A stretch of DNA of 58,489 nt. Origin: a virus (taxonomy: Duplodnaviria; Caudoviricetes). The notes under the pieces are model-generated. The model was not told the DNA's origin. It did not search any database and was given only the letters and a program-made list of their open reading frames with translations. The DNA is taken from positions 1 through 58,489 of IMG/VR virus record IMGVR_UViG_3300032087_004351; one strand, 5' to 3'. Shown in pieces: positions 10,360 through 23,782 of this stretch. Position 1 is the stretch's first letter; each line of letters opens with the position of its first letter. The position numbers were made by a program, and so were the translations under genes.

Positions 10360-11983
10360 GCAAAAGTATTACGACTATCTAAAGCCTGAGGCCCCTGCTC
10401 CGACGTTCTCGGATATGGTCGATCAGCAGATTGCGCTTATCAACGAAAGAAAGTCGCAAGAAGCTGCACAGCAGATGCAAATCGCTGCGCAGCAGCAAAA
10501 GATACAAGACTCTCAGGCCCAAGAACTATACAAGTTTAAGGTAGAAGATTTGTCAGAGCTGGATAGAGAGCTGTTCAACGCCAAGAAAGAATGGATGGGG
10601 GACCGCATCAACTCTTACTACTACAGCGGCAACAAAAGAGGCGAGTTCATGCAGGATGTAGCGGCTCTAAAGAACAGATTTGAAGAGCTAAAAGTCCATA
10701 CAGACAACACGAAAGCAGAAAGAGCAAAGCTGGAGGGGTACGTTTCTGGCACGACACCGTGGACAGATACGGCTATGGAGCTTAAGGACGACATCAACTC
10801 GTACAACCTCAAGCTTGAAAACTGGAAGAAGGGTGGAATAGATCCGTCTACGATACAGGTTGATCCAGCCACAGGCGACGCATATGCCCAATACACGGAC
10901 ATCAATGGTAACCCTCTTCTTGACGAACAGGGAAATCCTCAGTTTGGCATGGCGCACCTGTCTCCAACTAGAGGCGCAAAAGAATACTTTACGCCTACGG
11001 TTTCTCCGTACGGGAACTTGCTGCCAGGAAAATACTCCAAAGATTTTTCCGCAGCAGCAAGCAGACTCAAGAGCAACCCAAACATGACGTACGAGCAGAA
11101 GGTGGCTGAGCTTCAGGCATGGGTGACCGCAGACGCTATGCAGAACGCAGCCGTCAACGCTACGGCAATGAATGTGTTCAACGAGAACTACGGGAAGAAG
11201 GCTACTACTGTGCTAGAGAACGACGCTAAAACCGACCCAGGAGACGGTAGTTACGTGCCTATACACTTGAGAGAGTATGTAGACGAGACCATGAAGTTCC
11301 TTATAGGGAACCTTGAAGACACTTCGTCTGACGGCAGCGGAGGATCTCTAAAAGGCGGCTTCCCCTCTATTGTAACGTTTGATAAGACTTTGTACTCCCC
11401 TCCATATGTAAGGATGGATAGCGCTGATAATATGCACGACTTTTATGGGTCAGGCAATCTTATGAATGGGATTACAAACCTGATGGTTCCTAAGGCTGGA
11501 ACAGGTGGGTCAAATATTATTGTCCCAGTTAGTCATGATGCTAATTGGCACGGGGCTGATCCAAGATATGGACAAGACGACACCAACTTTAAGGTTCTGG
11601 CCCTGGCTGTAGACCAGGACAAGAACCTGGTGGTAGATATAGAGATGTATTTTAAACTTACGGAAGAAGAGGCAGCTATGGATCCAGAATTGCAGGACAG
11701 AAAAGCAAAGCTTATTTCAATGGGCCTTCCAGAAGAAGCCGAAAAAATTTCAAGGAAAAAGAAAGTAGTACACACCGTTATAGCTCCAGTGTCTTACGGA
11801 AACTCATTCCCATACAAGACTCAAAGAAACCCAGAATATATGAGTATTTTGGCTCAGCTTGCAGCGGCTAAAGGGTACAAGATTGACAATCAGCTTGACG
11901 CTGCAGCAAAGGGGCTGGACATCCTTGAAGACTTTAACGATGAGCAGGCGCAAATTGCTTACTCATTGCCTCAGGGACAATAA
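10352..11983 (+). CDS. Putative internal virion / ejection protein
   Basis: 543-aa ORF between the tail genes and the giant protein. Confidence 0.45.
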   Translation: MPKQKYYDYLKPEAPAPTFSDMVDQQIALINERKSQEAAQQMQIAAQQQKIQDSQAQELYKFKVEDLSELDRELFNAKKEWMGDRINSYYYSGNKRGEFMQDVAALKNRFEELKVHTDNTKAERAKLEGYVSGTTPWTDTAMELKDDINSYNLKLENWKKGGIDPSTIQVDPATGDAYAQYTDINGNPLLDEQGNPQFGMAHLSPTRGAKEYFTPTVSPYGNLLPGKYSKDFSAAASRLKSNPNMTYEQKVAELQAWVTADAMQNAAVNATAMNVFNENYGKKATTVLENDAKTDPGDGSYVPIHLREYVDETMKFLIGNLEDTSSDGSGGSLKGGFPSIVTFDKTLYSPPYVRMDSADNMHDFYGSGNLMNGITNLMVPKAGTGGSNIIVPVSHDANWHGADPRYGQDDTNFKVLALAVDQDKNLVVDIEMYFKLTEEEAAMDPELQDRKAKLISMGLPEEAEKISRKKKVVHTVIAPVSYGNSFPYKTQRNPEYMSILAQLAAAKGYKIDNQLDAAAKGLDILEDFNDEQAQIAYSLPQGQ

Positions 11984-11990
11984 AGTTCAT

Positions 11991-11998
11991 TATATTTG
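11991..11998 (+). promoter_or_regulatory. -7 promoter box
   Basis: TATATTTG upstream of ATG 12013. Confidence 0.7.
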
Positions 11999-12012
11999 TA
12001 AAAAGCATTTAA

Positions 12013-15000
12013 ATGGCTAAAACCAACAAAGAGTACTTGGAAGGCCTCGAAGGTCAGGACCAATCTTTTTTTTTTAGGAGAAGATTCAACGGAGGTTTCA
12101 AACTCGGGTTCTCCTTCAGGCGGGACTTCATCGGGATCTACCTCGAATTCCCAAAAAGAACCTATAGGTTCGGATATTCAACTTCTTGACGTTAGCACTA
12201 TACCTCCTAATGTATGGAAGTTAATTTCAAACTCTCCTCATCCGACATATTACAGTCCTGACAGACGTCCCAACGATCCAGCTAACGACGTAACCCCTCA
12301 AGAATTTACGTCGTATCAGGAAGAGGGGGATGAGCCGTTCTACTTCGATTCAAATGCCTCTAATCTTGATAAGTGGTCGCCAGACAACCCAGGAGGCGTA
12401 AGCCCTCTAAGTACCTTGGCCCCCGCTGAATATTACGCGGGAGCATGGAGCAGAACAACGATTCCAGCCTCCTTATATGTCGAAGAAGCGAAGTATTTAG
12501 ATGCAAAATTCAACATAGAGCCTCGTTCTGGTAGAAAATACCCTTACAAAGGCACCACAGGCGTTCTTAAAAATGGGACAATCATTCCAGACGCCATTGG
12601 CGACATATCTGTTCTAAACAACTTTCAATATGGAAGCCTCGAAGAATCTTTTGAGGATCACATGAAAGACGTAAAGGCCGAAATTCTACAGAAGGCAGAA
12701 GAGTTTCCTGACGACTTTAAACTTATGTCGGAAGAAGATCAGAGGGCTTGGGTTGCTAATAGGCAGGTCAAGTTAGAAAGCATGTGGAATAATGCGTATG
12801 ACGAATGGGACATTAATGTGCAGCAACCTGTACTTAAGCAAATAGAAAATGTTAACGCAAACGTCCAGCTTCAAAATACATGGAGCCCAGAAGTCATAAA
12901 TGCACTGTTCAGAGTTTCCGATCCAGAGTCCGTGGAAGAGGCTTTTGGTGGCGACACAATAGACTTTAGTAAGTTGCGACCTAGAACAGGCGTAGGAGAA
13001 TTTAAATTTTCAGAAGATGCGCCTGGGATACCTATACCTCAGGTCACTGTAAATATTCCAGGATTTGGAATAACAAACAATGTGGGCCTTTCTCTGAATG
13101 ACTTTTTTGCGGGTTCAGATCAGGAGTTACCTCAACAAATGTTTGAGCCTGTGTACGGGGACGTAAGATCGCTTCAGATCGTAGACAGAGAAGAGCGTAG
13201 AGCAAGACCTACAGACCAAATTGGAGTTATAGGGTCTAAACTAACAGAAGAAGGTAAAAAGTGGTTCGAAAAATGGGTTGACCCTAGAGCTGAAAAATAC
13301 ACTCAACAGGCATTGTCACAGGCGGATTCGATGTACAGGAATTCGTGGTATAGAGGAGGACTTCTTGGGATGCTAGAAAAAACCATTGAAAGAAATGTTC
13401 ATCCAAGAAGTATTGACCCATACGAGACTGGCGGTGGTGAAGCGGGAAATATAGTTCGGCCAGCCGACCCCCGTCTCCAGGGGGAAGGCGACCGCGCAAG
13501 GTCTAAACAAGCACGTGATATAGAAAAGGAATTTTTCAATGCGCTAGAGACTTTAGGCAAAGCTCTTCGTCCAGAAATTGAAACCAATAGAAAAGATTGG
13601 GATAATATATACTCGTCGGCTTATATAGATTACGCTAAAAAAGTTCTTCCATCCATCCGCGCCTACACAAACCAGACAAAATACGGACTCGAAAATGTTT
13701 CTAAGGAAACTGCGATGAAGTTTTTAATGGATCACGTTGTGCCTGAGACACTTCCAGCGAACTTTGAATCTATAAAAGATAGACAGGATATAAAATCTAT
13801 TTTTGGCCGAACTTCTTTAGGCAAATATGATGACTTTGTTCAGACTGAAACATATAGAAAGTTCTATGAAAAAGAGCAAAGCTCTGCCTCGTCATACAAC
13901 GCAGCCATCAACGCCAGTGTTAACAATAAGAAGGAATTCTTAGTCGATCAAAATGGCAATGTTTCCGCAGAAACTCTTTTTCAATTTGAAAGCGGGGTTT
14001 ATACTTTAGAAGAACTATTATCTTTTGACGATAGTGCTTATGGAGATAGTATCGACGTAATTCCTGTAGAATATGGGGATCATGTAAAGAAAAGTTCTAG
14101 AGAGTTTATATTCCATCAAATGCTAGAGAAGCGAGCGAAAAATAAACTGGCAGCTCAATACGGTAGAACAATGGAGTATGGGGAACATGAGGGCACTGAC
14201 GTTTACGACCAGCTTATTTTCGTCGAGGACCCATACGTATCTGGTCATTATCTCAACACTTCAGATTATTCGTACTTTAAGGACTTAGAAGAGAAGATTT
14301 ATTTTGACATGCTCAAAGATGATCAGGGATCCCTGATGTCTCTTTATTTTAATTCAGACGGAGTAAAGCTTATGCTCGACGACTCGGAGACGGTCGGAGA
14401 GAGAAATAGCAGGTGGAGCGAGATTAAAACAAACTTGAGCCAAGGGGTCGGAGACCTTCAAAGCTCTTTGGATGCTTGGAATTCAAATTCACGAATAGGC
14501 CTTGAAGAAAGTGGTTTTGCCAATGTGATCAGGAGCAACCCTCTCACGGCGCCCCTTGAGCCTTTGGCATTGATGTCGGAAGTTACGTGGAGAAGCGATG
14601 AAGAGCTAAAAGCAAGCAGGGAAAGATATTACTATCGAGAGTACTACAGAAACCTAGAAAATAGAGCTATTGACCTGAAGAAAAACAAGCTAGCCAATAC
14701 AGCTTCTATGCTTCACGCATACGGCCAAACTGCGTTAGCGAACGATGCCGATTACCTTGAAGACCTAGAGGGAATTGCATCAAGGGTCTCGTGGGATAAC
14801 GAGTGGAATGAATATATACTTCCTAGCGTTAGGTCTCTGCCTACAACTGCCGCTGCTATGGCGGCAGGTGCCGTTACAACTGTTGCAACAGGCGGAAACA
14901 CAGTAGCAGGAGCCCTTGTTGCTGGCGGATTTATGTATAACACAGTTGGGTCTAAGTGGTATTTGGACTCATACTTAGACCCCAACAAAGATTGGATGGA

Positions 15001-18000
15001 TGATGGGTTTTGGGGTAATCGAATGATGACCGCTAGAGGAATGGGGGCCGCTGAAGGCGCAGGTGAATTTGCGCAATTCCTTTTACTTGGTAGCGCAGGT
15101 ACAATCGTTAAGTATTCAGGATTAGGCTCAGTTTTACCTAAGGCTGCAACCAGGGGGGTTGCAGACAGATTTATAACTAGGGTTATAAACGGAGAGCTGC
15201 AGATTGCAGAAAGATCGGCTTTTCAGCTTTTTCAGGATGTAACTATCGGAGGGCTGACGTATCAGGGTGTAAACGCTGTTGGAGAGGCCATCGCCGAAGG
15301 CTCAACGGGTGGCTTACAGTATGTATTAGAGCAATATGCTACAAAACAACCTATAGACGCGGGAGAGTTTTGGGACCGCGTTGCTCACGATGCGAAAATA
15401 GGTGTATACTCGTCATTTATAATATCTGGTGGCAGCCTCTCGGTTCAGAACGGCACGGCGGCGATTATGAGTCAAATAGATCCAAATTCATATTTAGGTC
15501 AAAAATATCAAGCAAAACAAAGGGCAAGAGTTATTGACTCAATAATTCAAAATGGAGAGCTTTACGGAGTCAGAAACGCTCAGCAAGCAAAATCCCTAAG
15601 AGACGCGATGAAAAGTCTTAGGGAGTCTCTTGACGGCAGAGACGTTCAGGTCTCCAAAGACGAATTGGCTAAAATTCTTTCTGGCGAACCGTCAAAAGCC
15701 ATAGCTCTTACAGAGGAAGAGCAAAAATATATGATCCGAATAAAGGCCCTTCTTTCAGAAGTTACAGCGGCGAAGGGCGTTGAAGGATCTGTATATCAGC
15801 TTCTTATGGATCAGGGTAGATATGACTTAGTTGCAGAGCAAATAGCAAGAGACAACCTAAATCAATTTTATGAATTTGCTCTTTCTTTTGATGAAAGAGG
15901 CATTACTATAGATGGAAATGGTGCGGCGAGAACAGCAGACGGAAAACTAGCCACTGGATATGGCTCAAGGCTGGACTCTATTCTCGGAAAGCTTTCTGAA
16001 GAAGAAAGACAGAAGTACACAGAGGGAAAGAAGGCAAATGACTTGGCCACCAAGATATTAAAGGCGCAGGCAAGGACTAATGCCTCTAGGATTTTAGGCC
16101 TAAATGTAGTCAATCCATATAGAGGCACGCTAGAAAAACAATCCGAAAACCCTTCAAGTGGGTTTGTCTTGACTGCTGACTCTGATGGTAACGTGGCAGA
16201 AGTTGATCCAAGCCAGCTCGACGGCATGGACTCACGGCGAATTGGGCTGATTGAGGTTGCTGCTCAGTTTGTGGCTGATGCAGAAGGACGGGTTAGGGTT
16301 ATAGTTCACACAGACAGGTCAAGCTTTGTAAAAGCGACTAGAAGTGAGGTTGGTGCTGGAGCTTACTTTGAAGCCACTCAAGAGCAGCGTGAGCAAGGGA
16401 TGCAAGATGAAGTCCATATACTTATGGATGAGAAAACTTCTGAAGGGGACATCACTAGAGCTTTGGTTCACGAGCTCGGTCACTTCAAGTTTCAGGCGCT
16501 CGTAAACAATAGAAAAACAAGAAAAGAGCTGTACGGTAAGATTTTAGAAATAGCTCAAGAGACCAACAAGAAAGGAGAGTTTGTCAATCCTTTTGTTGCT
16601 TCGCTTGTAGCTACAGTTCTAGAAGAGTACGGAGAGGCTGGATACGATGAAGTAGCGCTCGAAAAAGAAGTAATTAACCACTTTGTTCAGTCTCTGGCTG
16701 CTGGACTACATACAGACGAGGGTATGCTTAACGTGTTTGTAGACCAGATAGGTCGCAAACACATCAGAAAGTCTGACGCCTTGAAAGCGGTGCTTGATTT
16801 CTCTGAATACGTAAGTAAAACAGCAGGTGAATACGTTTCATTCAGTAAGTCGGAGTTTGAGCAAGCAAAAATGCACGAGCAACAAGAGCAACAAGCTCAA
16901 GAGATGGAGTTTACAGAGGCGGATGAAGGAGTAAACGAACCCAATCCTAACAACCAAGAGGCCATGGAGTCTCGTAAGTTCAGCAAGCCGTTTACTTACC
17001 TGCAGAACACAAAGCTGCAATACTCGTTTAATGAGATGGATTATAGCGTACGAGGTGCTTTGTTCCCCGTGCAGAGAACCATGACGGTGACGGTAAAGGA
17101 TTACAACCACTTTAGAAACCTTTATGCAAAGCTTACTGGAAACGGCGCTGCTCCTGGCCGTATGACCGACATAGTATACTTCAAGGACGGTAAGGCATAC
17201 AAGGTCAATCCGCCTAAGCCCAAGTTGGACAGGGAGACGGGGGAACCGATTATTATGGAGGTTCCAAAGTACAAGGGGTGGCAAGCAAGACAGATTGAGC
17301 AGATGGAGGCTGAGGTTGCGGGTAAGCTTCACATTGTTCGAAACCTAGACGCACTGCAAAGACAATTCCATCAGTCATTTAATAACTCGATAGTAAGCAA
17401 ATACGCAAACTCAGAGGCATTTTTCCCGTACGAAACATACTCTTTAGAAACTTTCAACAAGATGTCTGCTGCAGAGAAAGCAGTTATCGTTGAAGCGGCT
17501 TTAGCAAACCTTAATGCTTTCTTTGAGATGGGACTCACCGTAGAGGAGATAGAGTCTAGGGCAGAACAGCCAGGGTCTCCTCTTCAGTCTCCTTGGCTTG
17601 ACGTAAAGAAAAACCTAGACATATTTAATGCAGCGAACAACAAGGTAGAGACTAGGGCTGAAAAGAAAGCTAAGCTTCAAGAAGGCGTTGAGCGCCACGG
17701 CGTAGCACCGTGGCAGCTCATGCCGAAAGACTCTATGGCTTATGAAAGAAGGAGGGTAAACTTTGCTCTCTTGTCAAATGAGGATCTAAATTACGCGCTT
17801 CAAGAACTTAAAAAGCTTGACAGCGGCAGATCTATGGACGGCCCACTTATGCCTCTTCAGTCTATCAAGATCGGATCCCTGGACGGATCCTCGAAGGCCG
17901 ATAAGCGGAGAGTTCCAAAAAAACATGTTGGAAAAGACGGCCTTATTAAAGGGGTTCCAGAGGTCAATCAAGCAAAGCACCTTCTTGAGGCGGTAAAGAA

Positions 18001-21000
18001 GCACGTTATGCGACTTAATCCAACGCTCTCCGAGGGAGATGCGCTTCAAGCAGCATTAGTGGCTATTGAAAAAGCTTCGTTTACTACTCACAACATTGAT
18101 TTGACTAGAGATGGGGTGATTGAATTCAAAATGTCATTTAAGGGTGTTGACGGAAAAACATACACGACGACATTTAGATCAAATCAAAGGCTTGCAGACG
18201 GAACGCTTAGAGAAGTCACTGGTCTTGCTGGAGGGCCGCGAGGCGCTATCGGCAGACCTAACGAAGTACACTCTAATACCTCGGAGCAAGCTCAAAAAGA
18301 AATTATAACAAACGCCAGAAAGGTTCAACAGTCGGACTCTACTGAACACTATGTGTTGCTTCTTAGAGCCCTTACTGCAGAAAACTCCTTTAAGAATCCG
18401 CTCACGTCTGTAATACTCATAGATTCTATGCTTCAAACTATTGAAGAGTTTGGAGATGTGAAGGTTAAAGACGGAAGCAGAACGATCACTGTGAAACAAA
18501 AGGTCGCAGAGGTGCTTCAGCAGTACATGGAAAAAGTCCACTCTACCGAAGAGTGGATTGAAATAGAGACAAAATATCTAGACGGAACGGATGAAGTTTT
18601 AGACCCGTCTAAGTTTACACTGACTGTTTGGGAGAATTCGTATCAGAACAAGATAAACACCAATGTTCCAGGTCTTTCTCAGAAGAACAACATGGTTCAG
18701 ATTACCGAGGAGGGCGTCATTAGCTTCCTGACTCAGTTAAAAGAGATTGCCCCAACGTCAGGATTCGGGTTTGGCGCTCGGGGTGATTTCATCGCACGAG
18801 TTCTTGGTCCTCAAGTAGGGCTGTCTAAGATAGGCTTTGTCTCAAAGGAGTCTTTTCTTGAGTCTATAAACGACCCACTGTTTAGTGACGCTCAGCCAGG
18901 AGACGTTGTTGCGGCTTCATTTGTAAATATGTCTACAGATGCTGACGGCAACTCTCTTGTAAAGCCTGTAAACGTAAGAGACACTGTAACAAAGGCTAAA
19001 AGCAAAAACATATCGTATGAATACGGAGTCGAGGGGTCGGCTGGGTTTTATGTTCTGGGGGCATTTTTGAGCCCAACTGAGCTGGGTGTAGAGTTTACTC
19101 CTAGAGCTAGAATGACGGCCCTAGCTAAGTTGTCAGGCGCTCAAGAAGGTTCTCTGGCCGCTGAGTCTAGAAGGCTTCGTGGTAGAATTTACGTTGAGGG
19201 AGCAACTTCTTGGGAGCAGTCAACTGCTACTCACTACGGCAACATGATTGCCACTCTTTCTAGAAAGCTCCAAGACAAGTATTCTGACTTACTTCTTCTT
19301 CAGCAGGATATCGAAACGTTTAGAAAGGAGAAGCTCCCAGAGTCTCAAGACTTTGAGATGCACATGAACCTGTACTACGGCAAACTTAGAACAGACCTTG
19401 AACTAGTTGAGAAAATCCTGGACAATGTAAACAAGCTTTCTTCCAAGCGCGGAATAAAGGCAAGCGATCTTTCAGATTTCTTGTATGCGATGCACGCTAG
19501 AGAGCGTAACGCACACATAGCTAAGCAGAGGCCAGAAATTCTTGACGGCTCTGGTATGTCAGATGAGATGGCAGAAGAGATTTTAAATGAGCTCGATTCG
19601 CCAGAAATGAGAGAAGTAGCGGCGGAGGCGATGAAGTTAGTGTCGTTAACCAGACAATACATGGTTGAGGGTGGACTAGAAAAGAGGTCAACCATAGAGG
19701 CTTGGGAGGCTATGTACGAACACTACGTGCCTCTCAATGGACTGGCAGAAGACGAGTTTGACGGCGAGACGAACTCATACCCAAGCGGAGGAGCAGGCAT
19801 GGCTATTTATGGTCCGTCTTCAAAGAAAGCTAGGGGAAGATCTTCAAAGACTGGGGTAAACATCTTGGGTAGCATGGCCATGCAGACTGCTGCGGTGATG
19901 CAACGCGCAAGAAAAGACCAAGCAATGCTTTCTCTCTACAGGATGGCCGAAAACAATCCTAACGAAAATGTTTGGTCTGTACACGGACCAGGCAACAGAC
20001 TCACCGTTATGGGTCAGGAGCTTAGCGATGAGGCTATGAGAAACAGGAATGACGTTGTTCCGCTTAGGATCAACGGAAGGCAGCACTTTATCAGGTTTAA
20101 AAACGAAAACCACGCGAAGGCTCTCAAGGGTATGACCACTGAGCAGCTTAACTTCGTGACAAGGTTGTACAGCAAATATTCTACGTTCCTAAGAAATTCA
20201 TTTACGGTATGGAACCCATCGTTCTTCTTGCCTAACTTCATTCGAGATGTGCAGTCAGCATTGTTCAACGCTGCCGCTGAAATAGATAGAGAAGGGGGTA
20301 TTCTTGAAGGTATGGGTCTTACTGCAACAGAGTTCAATAAAAAACTCATGGGCACGACACTGTCCGCCTTGATGTCTCTGTTGGGCAAGGCATCTCTTGG
20401 GCTCAATATGAATGCAGAAATGCAGGGCTATGTAGATGAGTGGATGGCTGCTGGTGGAAGAACGGGCTGGTCTTATTCTGACACGCTGAATAAAGTTGTT
20501 TCAGATCTTAACGACAAATCAAGAGGTAGAACTAAAGCTGGAGCACGACTTGGTAAGGCTTGGGGATGGACTGTCGGCGGTGTCGCTTCTTACGTAGAGG
20601 GTATCAACGAAGCGTTTGAAAACTCGATAAGACTTGCCGCGTATATCGAAGCTAGAAAGGCTGGTGCTACAAAAAACAGAGCGGCAGAGCTGTCAAAGAA
20701 CATCACCGTAAACTTCAACAAGTCTGGAGAAGTCAGCCCGTCGATAAACGCCATGTACTTGTTCTTTAACGCAGCAATGCAAGGTGTTGACAGGTTTGGA
20801 CAGACGTTCATGACGCAGAAAAGAAAGGTTCCTAAGACTGAAAACAACCCAGACGGAGGAGGAAGAAGGGGTATTACAGCCGCTCAGAAGATGGGGGTTG
20901 GGATGGTTGGGATTTCATTTGCGCAGACAGTCTTTAATATTCTTATGTCAGGAAGAGATGACGACGACGAACTGTATTACAAGAAGGACATACCAGACTA

Positions 21001-22057
21001 CAGAAAGCAGAGAAACTTTGTCATCTTTACTGGACAAAGAGACAACGTCCAAGTACCTCTTCCTTATGGAATAAACATTTTCTCAAACGTAGGGATGACG
21101 CTGGCAGAACTTTGTTTTGGCATTACCGATGTAGACGATGCGGCCTTGTTCTTGGCGATATCTGCCAACTCATCGTTCAACCCTATTGCGTTTGGGCATG
21201 GAGATAATGTTGGCTCTTATGCTGCAACTACACTTTCGCCTACATTCCTAAAGCCATTCGTAGAAGTTGCAATGAATGAGACGTATTTCGGAACCCCAGT
21301 ATACAGAGAGCAGTACGATTTTGGAACTGAAGTGCCAGAATACACGCTCTCTTATAGAGCTCCAGAGTGGATGGTTGAGATAAACAAGGCGCTAAACGAA
21401 GCTAGCGGAGGCAAAGAGTATATAAGCGGGGATATGGACTTTAATCCAGATCCTATATACTACCTCATACAATCGATGCTTGGAGGCTCTGGTAAGTTCT
21501 TCTCAGAAACATTTGATCTTGGCTACACTGGATACAAGGTCATAGAAAATGCCATTAACGAAACGGATGAAAACACTGGATTCCTTGAGGCCCTTGAGAA
21601 AACAGAGAAGCCAAAGCTGAGAAGAAGCGATATACCTATCCTCAAACTTATATACGCAGATCCCAACCGATTCTATGACTTTGACTTGTTTGAGAAAAAC
21701 AGCAAAGAAGTCAGGCAGTATAGAAATCAGGCGGACAAATATCTTGAGCAAAAAACAGATGATGTCGAAGGATTGGACTTCACTGGAATTGGAAACAAAG
21801 AAGAGGGACTCATTAAAGAACTCAACGATACAGAGGCAATACTACAAGACATTAGAAATCTTCGCGTTGCTGTAAGAAATTCAGACCTTAACTACATCGA
21901 AAAAAATAACGTACTATATGACCTTGACGTAGAGGAGTCAAAGACAGTCGTGTACTTTAACGCCAAGTACTATGAACTTAGAGGGCAGTACATTGATCCA
22001 CGCCCAACAGGACTTATCTCCGAAAAGGAACTTAGAAAAGCATTTGGAGTAGAATGA
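12013..22057 (+). CDS. Giant polyvalent/ejection protein (~3347 aa), frameshifted at T10 (12066-12075); HExxH zincin-like motif and LPD38-like C-terminus
   Basis: ATG 12013 is one base out of frame with the long frame, which is open from 12002 to 22057; 'LVHELGHF' motif; 'KNITVNFNKSG...YLFFNAAMQG' resembles LPD38. Confidence 0.7.
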
Positions 22058-22485
22058 AACAGAAGATAAAAGACACAAGACTTGGTAAATGGTTGAAGGA
22101 GAAAGCCCCCACCGTTTTGGATACGGTTGGGGATCTTCTCCCTGATCAAGGCGCATTAGGGGTTGTGAAAAACCTGCTCGACAATGATGATAGTGTAGAC
22201 CCTGCAGAGGCCAAGGCTATGGTAGACGCAGAGATTGCATATCAGAATAACGTCACGGAAAGATGGAAGGCCGACATGGGTGGAGACATCAAGCTCGCTA
22301 AGTACATCAGACCTGTGACTTTGATCGCATTGATGGCCATGTTTGTACTTACAATGGTGCTCGACTCTATGGATGACTTACCCTTCAACGTCAAGGATAG
22401 TTATGTATCTTTGTTGGAAATCCTAATGTTGACAGCATTCGGCGCATATTTCGCTGGAAGAACCATTGAAAAGGCTAAGAAATGA
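22054..22485 (+). CDS. Putative holin
   Basis: 143 aa with two C-terminal hydrophobic helices; 'IRPVTLI...AYFAGRTIEK' is typical of phage holin-like proteins. Confidence 0.65.
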   Translation: MKQKIKDTRLGKWLKEKAPTVLDTVGDLLPDQGALGVVKNLLDNDDSVDPAEAKAMVDAEIAYQNNVTERWKADMGGDIKLAKYIRPVTLIALMAMFVLTMVLDSMDDLPFNVKDSYVSLLEILMLTAFGAYFAGRTIEKAKK

Positions 22486-22760
22486 ACGTAAGTGAGAAGA
22501 CTCAGCTAACGCTTGATTTAAAAACTATAGCAATTATTGTCTCATTTGCGATCTCGCTTACTACTATGTGGTATGCTGTTCAGGCTGATATCGAGCTTGC
22601 CAAGCAGCTCCCAGAGCCAGAGGTATCAAGGACCGAATACGACCTCAAGGATCAGCTCATCAGAGAAACCATCATGAATACTCAGGCTCAGGTCGAGGAG
22701 AACGGAAAGAAACTCGACCTCATAGAGGCTAGATTGTACGAGTTAAGCACTCAGCCATGA
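22482..22760 (+). CDS. Membrane-anchored coiled-coil protein (possible lysis accessory)
   Basis: N-terminal TM helix followed by a coiled coil; coupled to the holin gene. Confidence 0.5.
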   Translation: MNVSEKTQLTLDLKTIAIIVSFAISLTTMWYAVQADIELAKQLPEPEVSRTEYDLKDQLIRETIMNTQAQVEENGKKLDLIEARLYELSTQP

Positions 22761-23110
22761 ACAAGACGATAGCTGCAATAGCAATCACGTCTGGCCTCGT
22801 GGGTACTGGGGCGGTCATGAATCTGTCTGAAAAAGAAGCAGCGCCAGAGGTCACTGTAGTTCAGATCAACGCAAAATGGAACCGATACAACACACGGGAG
22901 GACCTTGAATACCTTGAAGACTGTGAGTATAGGTTCGGGTGGCTTGAAGACCAGCCATACGAGCTTAGAAGCACAATCAAGTCCGTACCCGTCGTAGTCA
23001 TCTACGACGAAGGACACCCAGCCTATCAATACGTAGCTGGAATTAGCTTAGAACTAGACACACCATTCGATACTATCCAGAATCAAGTCTGGAAAGAGCT
23101 GGATGATTAA
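22757..23110 (+). CDS. Exported protein, possible thioredoxin-like fold without CxxC
   Basis: Hydrophobic N-terminus; 'VVQINAKWN' and 'IKSVPVVVIY' patterns. Confidence 0.4.
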   Translation: MNKTIAAIAITSGLVGTGAVMNLSEKEAAPEVTVVQINAKWNRYNTREDLEYLEDCEYRFGWLEDQPYELRSTIKSVPVVVIYDEGHPAYQYVAGISLELDTPFDTIQNQVWKELDD

Positions 23111-23778
23111 CGGATCAGCATTACGTGGCCTGAAGCCACGAGCTGATCTTCGGAAGACCCCATGATCGTCCAGATGTAAACGCCCTGAGGGGCGCCAGAT
23201 CCGTCCCAGCACGATCCTTTTAGTAGATCTCCGACAAATACGATTCGGCCCCTCCTGTCGTATACCTTAAGCTCAAGGTCGTCCCAGCAATACTCGTCTA
23301 CTACAGGGCAGAAGGTTTCGTTTAACCCGTCTCCATCTGGGGTAAATGAATTGGGTACGTAGATGTCATAGTCGCATCCCACGCAAGAAGCCCCAGTAAA
23401 GCAATCAACGCTGGTTACGCTGTAAACTGTGTCTGGATCAAGCGTGATGTAGTTGACGATCTCGACGGTGTCTGCGGGTAGTTGCACGTATACCGTGTCG
23501 CATGACTCTACTGGCGGCTCAAGAACTCCGCACTTCCACGCCACCCAAGCAGCCCATATGCCATCGACACCGTGGTAGTAATCACACAAGAGCTCCCCGA
23601 CTTCGTATGGGGTCGTGCAATCAAGACAGGAGCCGTCGTCCACGGTAGCTTCGTCATTGTAGTTGCATGAGTTTGGCCACATGCACCCATAAATAACTGG
23701 CGTTTCTACATAGACCGTATCACATTGACTAACAGCGATTAACGGAACAAAGAACAGGGACAGAAGAGCTTTTTTCAT
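23107..23778 (-). CDS. Secreted Cys-rich protein with a T9SS type-B (gliding motility-associated, CHU_C-like) C-terminal domain
   Basis: Signal peptide; 'GCMWPNSCNYNDEATVDDGSC' module; C-terminal 'YVPNSFTPDGDGLNETF...VYDRRG...WDG...GVYIW...GHVMLIR'. Confidence 0.8.
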   Translation of the reverse strand: MKKALLSLFFVPLIAVSQCDTVYVETPVIYGCMWPNSCNYNDEATVDDGSCLDCTTPYEVGELLCDYYHGVDGIWAAWVAWKCGVLEPPVESCDTVYVQLPADTVEIVNYITLDPDTVYSVTSVDCFTGASCVGCDYDIYVPNSFTPDGDGLNETFCPVVDEYCWDDLELKVYDRRGRIVFVGDLLKGSCWDGSGAPQGVYIWTIMGSSEDQLVASGHVMLIR

Positions 23779-23782
23779 TACG

